Shown piece after piece: positions 12,761 through 23,739 of a stretch of 30,617 bases of DNA. The stretch is from Octopus sinensis (taxonomy: Eukaryota). Numbering within the stretch: position 1 is the first letter of the stretch; the number at the start of each line of letters is the position of its first letter. Where the stretch lies: NCBI RefSeq assembly GCF_006345805.1, contig NW_021832441.1, forward strand, positions 1-30,617. Reading direction: 5' to 3'. The position numbers were made by a program, and so were the translations under genes. The notes beneath the pieces were generated by a model. That model made no database searches and was not told where the DNA came from. It saw only the letters and a list, made by a program, of their open reading frames with translations.

Positions 12761-13642
12761 AATTATAGAGTGTGGAATTTGGGGTGAAACAATGGAGCCC
12801 AATGTTGCAGAGTGTCCCAAGTTGGCTCAGGGAGGATATAAGAAATGAAAGCATGACAAAGTTGCGAAAGTTTTTGCATTGGGGGCCTTTTTCAGAAATG
12901 GGGGTGGGGGTTGAATCTGGACGTATAATGATCGGGGTTGAAGGGGTGCAAGAGTCGGGGTGGAGGAAATGCAAGATCTTATGCGATTTTCCCTTTCAAA
13001 CGGATATGAAGTTAGAAAATAATAAACTAGACGTAACAATTCCAAGGAAAAAGGGAAACCAGAAAAAGTAAAATGAATTGTGATTAAATAATGCTGTTTT
13101 CGAGTTATTTGACATTGGCCCCAATTAGATATTCAGCGTTAATGTACTCGGGTTGCAGTTCATTTTCTGTAAGGAATATATTAACAAATGGGACATAGAT
13201 TAGCCTTTAATCTCGGCTTTGAAATATTTAATTAGATTGTCACAATGGCTTCGACGGTTAATGTATGCATGACATCGGCGATCACTCCCTCGCGCGCCTA
13301 CACGCACGCACACACCCATATTTTGGCGAACACGTACATACGTGTATGTGTGTGTGTGTGTATGTGTGTGTGTGTATGTGTGTGCGTGCGTGTGCATGTT
13401 TGTGTGTGTGTGTGTGTGCGTGTGTGTGTTTGACCGAGCAAGGAAGTCAAACCCTCGATAGAATCACTCTGTCGTCTTAAAAGTCACGTTGGACAATTAA
13501 AAAGAGCCGGGATGGTTATGGCCGGAAGGTCTACACAATCAAAGGTGTCCTTGACCAAATTTCAAACACACACACACACACACACGCACTTATGAAGATA
13601 TATAGATAGAAGGACAAATAGATAGCTAGATAGAAATACAAG

Positions 13643-13699
13643 CAGACAGACAGACAGACAGACAGACAGATAGATAGATAAATAGATAGATAGACAGAT

Positions 13700-13744
<45 letters not shown>

Positions 13745-13837
13745 CAGACAGATATAGATAGATAGATAAATAGATAGATAGATAGATAGATAGATAGACA
13801 GATATAGATAGATAGATAGATAGATAGATAGAGAGAT

Positions 13838-13879
<42 letters not shown>

Positions 13880-13897
13880 CGATATAGATAGATAGAT

Positions 13898-13939
<42 letters not shown>

Positions 13940-14019
13940 AAAGATATAGATAGATAGATATATAGATAGATAGACAGATATATATATATATATACATATA
14001 GATAGATAGATAGACAGAT

Positions 14020-14059
<40 letters not shown>

Positions 14060-14060
14060 T

Positions 14061-14107
<47 letters not shown>

Positions 14108-14168
14108 GTAGGTAGATAGATAAGATATATAGATAGATAGATCGATAGATAGATAGATAGATAGATAG
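13643..14168. repeat. (CAGA)n grading into (GATA)n, about 525 bp
   Basis: Direct reading; source of the IYLS ORFs. Confidence 0.97.
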
Positions 14169-14531
14169 AATTATTGAATATGCAGATAAGCAACGGTTTC
14201 CTCTCTCAAACCGAAGAGAGTGGATGTCTAGAAAAAGCCGCTCTGCCATTGTTTAAAACTGACTGAAACAAGAATAATTAAGTCAGTTTAATTAGTCTGA
14301 CTAATCACTGACTTCCTTCTTGGCGCATAATGTGATATTAGTACGACGCGTTTGGAGTGGAAAATGTCAAGGTTTGGTGGTCGTTCATGCCTATAAAATA
14401 TACGATAAAGAAAAAAGAGGGAACCGGTAATTAAGACCGTTTCTTTAATCATAGCAATTACTTATGTATAAACCTTTCCATTTTAGGTTCAAGGGTTGAA
14501 ATTTTGCAAGAGTGGTTAATCGATTATATAT

Positions 14532-15300
14532 CTATTTCTTTACTACCCACGAGGGGCTACACACAGAGAGGACAAACAAGGACAGACAAACGAATTAAGT
14601 CGATTACATCGACCCCAGTGCGTAACTGGTACTTATTTAATCGACCCCGAAAGGATGAAAGGCAAAGTCGACCTCGGCGGAATTTGAACTCAGAACGTAG
14701 CCACAGACGAAATACCTATTTCTTTACTACCCACAAGGGGCTAAACACAGAGGGGACAAACAAGGACAGACATAAGTATTAAGTCGATTACATCGACCCC
14801 AGTGCGTAACTGGTACTTATTTAATCGACCCCGAAAGGATGAAAGGCAAAGTCGACCTCGGCGGAATTTGAACTCAGAACGTAGCCACAACGAAATAACT
14901 ATTTTCTTTACTACCCACAAGGGGCTAAACACAGAGGGGACAAACAAGGACAGACATAAGTATTAAGTCGATTACATCGACCCCAGTGCGTAACTGGTAC
15001 TTATTTAATCGACCCCGAAAGGATGAAAGGCAAAGTCGACCTCGGCGGAATTTGAACTCAGAACGTAGCCACAGACGAAATACCTATTTCTTTACTACCC
15101 ACAAGGGGCTAAACACAGAGGGGACAAACAAGGACAGACATAAGTATTAAGTCGATTACATCGACCCCAGTGCGTAACTGGTACTTATTTAATCGACCCC
15201 GAAAGGATGAAAGGCAAAGTCGACCTCGGCGGAATTTAACTCAGAACGTAGCGGCAGACGAAATACCGCTAAGCATTTCGCCCGTCGTCCTAACGATTCT
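14532..15300 (-). mobile_element. SINE tetramer: truncated head plus four tandem units of about 184 bp
   Basis: ctattt..ctttactaccc starts at 14532, 14716, 14899 and 15084; the head remnant gaaataccgctaagcatttcgccc..taacg is at about 15260-15295. Confidence 0.9.
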
Positions 15301-15616
15301 TATATATCGTCCACCCCGCCGGGTTGGGTTGGTCCTTCGTTTATCGACTACGAAAGGATGAAAAGTTCTAAGGTCGCAGTCATATGACTGAGACAAACAA
15401 AAGAATAAAGGAGTAATTAAATATGTATATATATGTATGTATATACACACGATTCACGTAAATATACATACCTTTATGTATGTATGTGTGTGTGTATGTC
15501 ATTATTCAGTTTTATTTCAAGATTTCTTACCAACAGAGAAAGAACCGGTTTGTAACTTAGATCCAAGGCTCTTTGGATGGAATTTCAACATCAACAATAG
15601 GGTATTTTTATGTGTT

Positions 15617-16105
15617 TGTATGTATGTATGCATGTATGTCTGTATGTATGTGTGTGTGTATGTATGTATGTATGTATGTATGTATGTATGTTTGTATGCA
15701 TTATGTAAGTATGTATGTATGTATGTATGTATGTATGTATGTATGTATGTATGTGTGTATGTATGTATGTGTGAATGTATGTATGTATGTATGTATGTAT
15801 GTATGTATGTGTGTATGTATTTATGTATGTATGTATGTATGTATTTATGTATGTATGTATGTATGTATGTTTTATGTATGTATGTATGTATGTATGTATG
15901 TATGTGTGTATGTATGTATGTATGTATGTATTTATGTATGTATGTATGTATGTATGTAATTTATGTATGTATGTATGTATGTATGTATGCATGTATGTAT
16001 GTATGTATGTATGTATGTATGTATGTTTTATGTATGTATGTATGTATGTTTTATGTATGTATGTATATATGTATGTATGTATGTATGTAAGTAAGTATGT
16101 ATGCA
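15617..16105. repeat. (TATG)n satellite, opposite orientation to the 5005-8766 array
   Basis: Direct reading. Confidence 0.97.
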
Positions 16106-16454
16106 TTATGTATGTATATGCAGATTTGTATGTTTTATGTATGTATTCTCATGCATATAGTCACATATCTAAACATGCTCATATATATTTAAATAATAAA
16201 CTTCTGGATAGTTTTACAGATTTTTACAATTCCAGTGATGGACTGGATCTGTAGTCTTCGAATTAGTTTTCTCCTTTCTGGTTTTGAGAAGCCTAATTTC
16301 TCAAGACTGGTATTTAGCCAGTGTGTTACATATCCCAGGGCTCCAATAATTACTACACTAAATCTGTATGTATTTTTATAGTAGTAGGAGCGCTAACAAA
16401 GTTTTGAGAAAGAAAGAAACTTTAGGTTACAAAATTTTAGTATATGTATATCTT

Positions 16455-16562
16455 CATTAATATTTAGCAGAAGTAACAGAGTGACTCAAGGCCCGAGAGT
16501 TTCTTACAACGCACGAAACCCTCGGACCTGTGTTACTCTGTGGTTTCTGCTAAATATTAATG
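16455..16562. repeat. 108-bp fold-back (MITE-like or pre-miRNA-like hairpin)
   Basis: Perfect 18-bp inverted repeat CATTAATATTTAGCAGAA (16455-16472 and 16545-16562), plus inner GTAACA/TGTTAC, CCGAG/CTCGG and GTTTC/GAAAC pairings. Confidence 0.75.
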
Positions 16563-16627
16563 TATATTTATAAAATTATAATTAAGGTATTTAATATATC
16601 ATACATACACACACACCACACACACAC

Positions 16628-16680
<53 letters not shown>

Positions 16681-16903
16681 CAAAGGAATTCCAACTCTGT
16701 TTTTTATGTTTTAATTATATTCTTTATAATGTTAATGTAGAATATAGAGTATATAGTATAAATAGTATATATATGTAAAATGAAATGAAGTATTAATTGC
16801 CTTATTGAATAGATGAATGTTGAATATAAAATATTAAGAGAGACTAGTATACTTTCTTGCATTAAGCAGTCTTCAAGGTCCAAGGTTATGGCAGGAGTGT
16901 TTC

Positions 16904-16947
<44 letters not shown>

Positions 16948-17360
16948 ATATATATATATATATATACATAGATAGATAGATAGATAGATATATAGATAGA
17001 TAGACGGAAAGACAATAGAAGGATAGATGACCAATATCTTACATTAGAATTGTGCTCATCCTTATGACGTGTGAACTTTGGCACACCTAATAATATAAAG
17101 CAGTTGTTTACATAAGCTTATAAACAAGAATTGAAGTTTTTCACTGGATCCTGTTCAATTTTAAGAAAAGCAATAAACAGCTTTTTATTCTCTAAGTAAA
17201 CACTAAGAACGTTCACTCTTCTCGATTCTTAAACTACTAATATTTTTTGAAGAAAAAGAACACATCCCAAGAATTTCCCGAAGATTGTATTTCCATCTTT
17301 CATTTTAATGAAATGTCGCATTTCGAAAAATGTCAGATTATTGACTCCACTCATCTGCCA

Positions 17361-17395
17361 TTGACATCTCTTCTTTTCTTTTTTTGTAGGTGAGT
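17361..17395 (+). promoter_or_regulatory. Candidate recursive splice site (3' splice site fused to 5' splice site)
   Basis: TTGAC branch-like motif at 17361, pyrimidine tract tctcttcttttcttttttt, TAG at 17387-17389, then directly GTGAGT at 17390-17395. Confidence 0.4.
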
Positions 17396-17458
17396 TATGC
17401 CTATGATTGACGCAGTTAGTGACCAGTTTAGTATGAAGAGTCACTGAATATATATTCA

Positions 17459-18016
17459 CAAGGCCCGATCGGAAAGTATTGGAGATTTTGCTATTGTAAA
17501 GGAGCTAAAGTGTGCAGAGTGAAGCCACTTGACACAGAATAACTTTGAAGTCTGTCACGTATATATACTAAGTTATAACGCCCTCGCTCACTTCCGTTCT
17601 CTAAAGAAGTGTTTGGAAGAGTAAAATGTGTCGAGTGTGGTCATTTAAAAAAGAAAATCGGTTTTCGGCCGCACGGGATCCCCTTGATTGTGTTAAAGAG
17701 GAAAATGTTTGAAAACTGTCATAATTGGTGACGAAATGTGGGTCATATGGCTATGACCCCAAAACCAAGGCTTAAAAGGAATTTTACTAGAAAAGGACAA
17801 AATCTCAAGACATCTAAGAAATCCAAGACAATGTGACGAAGCAGCTGATCACTATCTCAAAAAAGTTCCGGGAATAATTCCATCAATAGAAAGGACGCTG
17901 GATAAAATGGATGACTTCAGAAAGGGACCACATCGAAGGAGATTAAATGCCGGATTGACATGTGTTGTAGTTTTCTATTTATAACCCCTGTCCCGTTATT
18001 TTTTGATCAGACCTCG
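17459..18016 (+). mobile_element. Internally deleted mariner element
   Basis: Degenerate TIRs (caaggcccgatcggaaagta versus reverse complement cgaggtctgatcaaaaaata); transposase remnants LKTVIIGDEMWV-YGYDPKTK and C-terminal IQDNVTKQLITISK..KGRWIKWMTSERDHIEGD*. Confidence 0.82.
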
Positions 18017-18049
18017 TTTATTAGCCTATATTTGAATTTTGTCTTGTTT

Positions 18050-18230
18050 CTCTTATGATTTGGGAGCGTCAGTTTCAACCGTTTGGTCACGTAGCTCGAT
18101 TTTCGTGTTCTCTTTCATGAAGATCCGGCTGGGATGACGGTTCGTGTTAATCGGCCACATACCACATGGTTACAACAGATGAGAAAGTATCTATCGCGGA
18201 GATGGGAACTGACTGGGGCACCACGCGGAC
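18050..18230 (+). pseudogene. RTE-like LINE ORF C-terminal fragment
   Basis: MIWERQFQPFGHVARF..RVLFHEDPAG..RVNRPHTTWLQQM resembles IRERQLRLFGHVAR..EDP.GW.RPRGRP..TWLRQ. Confidence 0.55.
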
Positions 18231-18295
18231 ATATGGAAATATATATCCATGACACCTTCAACCCCACAGAGAAACATACATACATTCATATATAT

Positions 18296-18584
18296 CCTTG
18301 CTTGTTTGTTCCTTCTCGAGCTATGCCTTGCTCATAGGGCCGTTTTCCCGGTTTCCTTGGCGTGTAGGTTCCCCACCTGGACGGGACGCCAGTCCTTCGC
18401 AGGTGAGCTGCAAGATGCAGGAGGAAAGAGTGAGAGAAAGTTGTGGCGAAAGAGTCAGCAGAAGTTCGCCATTACCTTTTTGCCGGAGCCGCGTGGAGCT
18501 TAGGTGTTTTCGCTCATAAACACACACATCGCCTGGTCTGAGATTCGAAACCGCTGCTCTAACCACTAGGCCATGTGCCTCCAC
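18296..18584 (-). mobile_element. tRNA-derived SINE (gtggaggc head, actggcgtcccgtccagg tail)
   Basis: A-box TGGCCTAGTGG, B-box-like GGTTTCGAATC, body ttcgccacaactttctctcactct shared with the SINE at 29205-29542. Confidence 0.8.
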
Positions 18585-19434
18585 ATATATATCCTTATGT
18601 TTCTGCATACAGAACCTTCTCTGTAAAGCTGATAGAAATACTGCGAAGAAATTTTATCCAGCTTGCCGCCATATTTTCTCAAGAAAACAACGATAAAAAA
18701 TGCTGCAATCCTTTAAACTTATGAAATTTTAGCCAATCAATTGCCGACATCCTAGAAGTCGACATATCTGTACACGACGGCGAGCGTTTAAAAACTCATC
18801 TAACTTGAATTGCTGAAGTTTGACCAGTTGGAAACATTAAGATTGCTTTGTCTCGGCAGCCAGAACACAAAGCAGAACAAATAACAGTGAAAAGGGAGCG
18901 GCTAATTAATACTCGAATCAACTAATGGCTGCTGATAATTATCTGTACTAAACTTACCTTTATAAAAACAAGAAATATAGACTGTCTGTTTAGTAATGAC
19001 TTTAACGTAGAAATATTTGTTTTCGGCGGTCATTAAGTATTAAACCAACTTTAGAGAGAAACTTAATGGCCTGGCTTTCTTGAGTAAGCTTCGCCTTGGC
19101 GTGGTACTGCATAACTGATCACATCTGAACTCATGTGAGTAGTTTAAAGATCTCCAAGCTTTTAGCCATTTCTTAATTATGAAGCTGGATAGAGAACGGG
19201 TGAATGCGAGTGGAAAGTAAAGTAGTTTGTTTAAGATGCAATCGCTGGTAGAGGCCGTGGAAGGAAAACTAAGCAAACAAGCTACTTAACATTAATCTAC
19301 CCTTATTATTTCGGATATCAATATGTAATGAATGGTTCAGACAGGCCACCCTTTGTAAACATGACGTAGCGGAGAGGAAATGCAGCTATGAATATATTTC
19401 TTATACATACACACTACACAGTCATAAGCGCATG

Positions 19435-19472
<38 letters not shown>

Positions 19473-20021
19473 GACACACACACGCAAACACACGCACTTA
19501 TTCATATATTCACACATATGGGTACACACACGCATCCACCAAATACCGCACAAATACACATATCTACCCACTCACAAACACACACATAGCCACTCATACA
19601 TACACAGACTCACATACACACACACACACACATGCATATATATTTGTATGTGTACATACGCACATATTTATAGACACCAGTCCGAGTATGAAGGTAAGTA
19701 TATTAGTATATATGGATGTAAGCAAGTGTGTAGACCTTTGTGGATAGGTGTGTTGCTACGTGCGCATAAATACGTACATACATACATACATACATACATA
19801 CATACATACATACATACATACATACATACATACATACATACATGCATAGGCATATATGTGTGTGGGGGTAATTACAGGGTGTCAATGAATCACCTCGAAC
19901 GTTTGTAATCAAAAATAGAAAAAAAAAAGGCAAGATAAGATAAAACAAACATTTTCTTTTTAAATAAACAGATCCTACAATAAGTAAAATATTTTAAAAT
20001 ATTTTCTTTTTCTATTTCCAG

Positions 20022-20119
20022 TTTGCTCAGAAGTACTGCAGAGAGGAACGTGTAGAAAAATGTGCTGTTGAGGGCAGAACAGGAATTATAATGCGCTTCT
20101 TGGAAGGGACGACCAACAG
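20022..20119 (+). CDS. Possible 98-nt internal coding exon (FAQKYCREERVEKCAVEGRTGIIMRFLEGTTN), unidentified
   Basis: Strong acceptor ttttctttttctatttccag, one open frame, weak donor AG|gtgaaa. No protein family recognised, and it lies about 150 bp inside a TA-CAGGGTGTC Tc1-like end at about 19875. Confidence 0.2.
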
Positions 20120-20536
20120 GTGAAACGAGGAGCGTTGTAAATGAAAAGAAAGGGAAGATGTTGTTTGATAAAGGTATTATGTTATTAGCTTAAAAGCCGC
20201 CCTATTCAGCGGTTTTTAAGCTGGCTCCTGTGGAGGGCTCTTCATTAGGCCTTGGGCCCAACAATGACACTTCATGCATTGAGAACATATTAGATTTATT
20301 AAACTTGAACAATTTTCATCAAAGCAATGACATAATTTGTCGACTTAGAACTTATTGCAAAGCTGCATGATAAACAACAGTACCACCACCATCGCCACCA
20401 CATCTGCCAGATACACAATTCAGACTTCCGACGCCACCACCATCAGTGCTTTTGACTTCGCCGCCTTCCCTTCCACCACCATCACTTCAGTCTTTCACAT
20501 TGCTTACTCTCACCGTCACTCCTGACCGCCTCGGCC

Positions 20537-20590
20537 ATCACCACCACCACCACCACCACCACCACCACCACCATCATCATCATCGCCGCC
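20537..20590. repeat. (CAC)n-(CAT)n-(CGC)n compound trinucleotide tract
   Basis: Direct reading; the poly-His ORF has no other support. Confidence 0.9.
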
Positions 20591-20884
20591 GCCTCTGCCT
20601 CTATCACAACTACAGCTCATACTATTACTACCACCCCATAACCATCAGTGTTCAGTTTGCTAGTTCAGCACGCTGGTTCAGTGTTCAGTCCCTCTTTCTC
20701 TCACATACCCACTCTTTCTCTCTCTTTTATTATTACTCCCACTGCCACCATCAACACTACTACTTTTAATAAAACATCATCAACTCTCCCTAAATTTCTA
20801 TGGTCACCCTTTTTCCTTCTCTCTCTCTCTCTCTCTCGCCACCGCCCTCACCTTGTGCCTAGAGTGGAAAAGAATAAAGATATT

Positions 20885-20958
20885 TAAGTTAGGGCACCAA
20901 GCTGGCAGAACCCGGAACCATGTTGTTGAGAAGCAAGCTTCTTACCACACAGCCATGC
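20885..20958 (-). mobile_element. SINE head fragment
   Basis: Reverse complement gcatggctgtgtggtaagaagcttgcttctcaacaacatggttccgggttc has tRNA-like A/B-box spacing. Confidence 0.5.
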
Positions 20959-21939
20959 ATTTTTTTTAAACAAAAAGTAAAAACTGCAAATTTAGAGATA
21001 AAAAAGTAAATTATTAGAAATGTCTTATTATTTATTTATTGCTTTATTTTTGCTTTTGTTTTTCACATTGAATTTCTTGGAATTTACCAATCACGTCCTC
21101 GCGTATGTGCAGCCCCGAGCGAACTGTTCGAATTACTCGTATCTTCAACCGACCCTGGTTATAGCCACAAACAAAAGCATAGTATAAAATATAGCAACAA
21201 AAAATAATAAGAAGAAAGGAAGAGAGTCAATGACCTTAAATTCCATACTTCTATGATTGTTCAGAAAATAGTTGTGCTGCTTTCTCTGAATCTACTCCGA
21301 TCGTCCAGTTATATTTAATAGTCAAAGGAGTGTTAATATCACCGGAAAATAAGTGAAAACCGCGATTAGCGAAAAATATAAATAAAAATGGAGCTGGTTG
21401 GGGTCTTTTAAGACATTTGTTTACATTACTGAACTGATAAAGAAAATATTTGGTTTGTGAAAATATCTGAAGACGAATATTGAAAGGGTCGAAAGAGGAC
21501 AGAAGGATTCGTGCATTGTTGAAGGGAAAATAGCATTTGAGAGAAATAAAGCTGTGGGCGAAACTAACAAAGGCCGAATGATTGTGGAGATGAGACAAGT
21601 TTTAATGTGAACAACCAAGGACGAATTGGTATTTTGTGGGTGACGGAGTTATTACTAGCGTACCACCGTTGAAACAACCAACCTCGAAGAAGAAAAGCAA
21701 CCACAATGAAATAATGTCTGTCTGACATTAGTCATAAGACCAGAAACTTTAGGTGAGAGAAGAGTCGATTAAGTTAACATCCATTAATTGCCTGGTACTT
21801 AATGTTACCGACACAAAGGGCCACAACATAATGATTTCTGACACAGGCTCAAGGCCACTGACGCATTTTAATGGAATGATATCGGTGATTAAATCGAACC
21901 AACTCTTTGATTGGTGGTTTTATTTTATATCAGTAAACT

Positions 21940-22441
21940 ATACTGGCACTCCGTCGGTTACGACGACGAGTGTTCCACAGGGTCGGATCACGGTACAGGC
22001 AATTCGGGCAGTCGCCCGGGGTGCCATGTGCTCGGGGGCGCCAAGGAGGGTGTGACAAAGACAAGGAAATTTCCATGACCGTCCGCTTGTACATGGCAAA
22101 GTTCAGCTTGCTCGGGGCACCAGCAACCCTAGGGCCAGCCCTGGGGTTCCAGTTGATCCGATCAATAGAACAGCCTGCTCGTGAAATTGATATGCAAGTG
22201 GCTGAATATTCCACAGATACGCATACCCTTAACGTGGTTCTCAAGAAGATTCAGTGGGACACAGAATGTGACAAGGTTGGCCCTTTGAAATACACGTACA
22301 TCTCGTTTTTGCTTGCTGAGTGGACTGGGGCAACGGGTAAATAAAGTGTCTTGCTCAAGGACACAACCCACTACCGGAAATCGAACTCTTGATCTTACTA
22401 TCGTGAGCCGATTACTCTTAACCAACAAACCACGCGTCTTA
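21940..22441 (-). mobile_element. tRNA-derived SINE interrupted by a hAT MITE
   Basis: Head at 22370-22441, gtccttgagcaagacac body, tail homologous to 29205-29380; colinear once 21978-22151 is removed. Confidence 0.8.
21978..22143. mobile_element. hAT-type MITE (CAGGG-type TIR), 166 bp, nested in the SINE
   Basis: Ends CAGGGTCGG and (reverse complement) CAGGGCTGG; 8-bp TSD GTGTTCCA (21970-21977) and GGGTTCCA (22144-22151), 7 of 8 identical. Confidence 0.82.
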
Positions 22442-22887
22442 TAGATACAGGAACAATAAAAAGCGAAGTTGATGTCTGCGAGATTTGAACCCAATGCATC
22501 AGTGTCATAAGTAAATAACACGAACCCTCTCCAAATCTGCCAGTCGGGTGACCTTGACGAATGAACCATTCAAGTAATGAATGCTCTCAAGGAACAGAAC
22601 GGTGCGCCAGAATGCGAGATTGTTTCGTTATACAAGTCTTCGCTTTCTTTACTGTGTCGCAGATACCTTTCCTTGAGATTCCAACTTGAATGTTTCAATT
22701 CTGAATCTAAAATAGATGACGTGTAATATTTCTATATTTGGTAATATAGACCGAAGATGGATGTTGTTGGTAAACAATTCCATATATGGTAATGTTTTGC
22801 TTGTCAAAACGTTACCATATGTAGCTTAATTTTCGTTCCTAAAATTGCTGCCAGAACATTCGAGAACTTTCTGGGGAAAGTATAGAA

Positions 22888-23341
22888 CCCTTTAGTATTC
22901 AAGGGCGGCGAGCTGGCAGAAACGTTAGCACGCCGGCCGAAATGCTTAATGGTATTTCGTCTGCCGCTACGTTCTGAGTTCAAATTCCGCCGAGGTCGAC
23001 TTTGCCTTTCATCCTTTCGGGGGTCGATTAAATAAGTACCAGTTACACACTGGGGTCGATGTAATCGACTTAATCCGTTTGTCTGTCCTTGTTTGTCCCC
23101 TTTGTGTTTAGCCCCTTGCAGGCAATAAAGAAATATATATCCCTTTAGTATTCAAACATTTCTGTTAAATGTAATGCTTATATATTCACGCATTTTCCTG
23201 TAGCTACAAGATTTCGATGAAGTGATTGCTTATTTTTAAAATAACGTTAAAGGGTAGCCATGAGGGTCATGATTTGGCTGTTTTGAACATAGAACGGGTA
23301 GAATATTGGGGCCAGATGCAGCCAGTTTCAATGCTGAACGG
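22888..23341. mobile_element. piggyBac-like (TTAA) MITE interrupted by a SINE near its left end
   Basis: Left end CCCTTTAGTATT, right end AATGCTGAACGG followed by TTAA; the left TTAA is degenerate (agaa). Confidence 0.6.
22903..23140 (+). mobile_element. Young monomeric SINE with perfect 15-bp TSD
   Basis: CCCTTTAGTATTCAA at 22888-22902 and 23141-23155; full head to aaagaaatatatat tail. Confidence 0.92.
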
Positions 23342-23739
23342 TTAAAATGAACCCAAGAGTCAACTCAGTGGTGGGTGACTATTTAGCTTTTGGCAACCCG
23401 AAGCTGTGTGTGCTTTTAGACTCGCGTTTGATTAGAATTTTCATCCAACTTTCTTCATTGAAAAATTATTCATGTTACCACTAACAATTATACTTTTGTC
23501 TCTTTCTGACAATTCGTAATTCGTACGAAGGTCGTTGTATTAATTAATTGTACACATTTTAAAGTCAAGTGGAAAGTGTTATCAATAGAACATGAGTGAA
23601 GATAAATCCGTCTTTGGCTCATAATCCAACACGTCAACATAACTTCCACCAAAGTAAAATCCATTTTTAAGCTTAACGTAGGAGGTTTCCTTGTCTACGC
23701 AAATATCTATAAAGATCTACATCCTGGCTGAGATAGTAT

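Noticed and set aside
14532-15300. Regular 184-bp repeats as a CRISPR-like array or an HHR retrozyme tandem
   Set aside because: The units are whole SINE bodies with no unique spacers, and I found no CUGANGA/GAAA core on either strand.
13531-16254. IYLS and MYVC ORFs of 130-220 aa
   Set aside because: They are translations of (GATA)n and (TATG)n tracts.
18950-18985. Minus-strand tatttcttgtttttataaag|gtaagt as a second recursive splice site
   Set aside because: The AAG acceptor is weak, the pyrimidine tract is interrupted, and it is on the opposite strand to the better 17389 site.
20190-20250. Minus-strand CTAATGA-A-GAGC..GCTT-AAAA as a decayed HHR, and the aaaagccgc/gcggttttt hairpin as a terminator
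   Set aside because: There is no GAAA, stem III or stem I partner, and intrinsic terminators are not meaningful in this eukaryotic context.
20446-20769. Poly-His ORF as a protein-coding exon
   Set aside because: It is explained by (CAC)n and (CAT)n microsatellite, with no clear splice signals or domain.
21400-21600. KTFV..YLKTNIERVERGQK as an old CR1-like C-terminus
   Set aside because: The similarity is too weak and interrupted by stops to call without a profile search.
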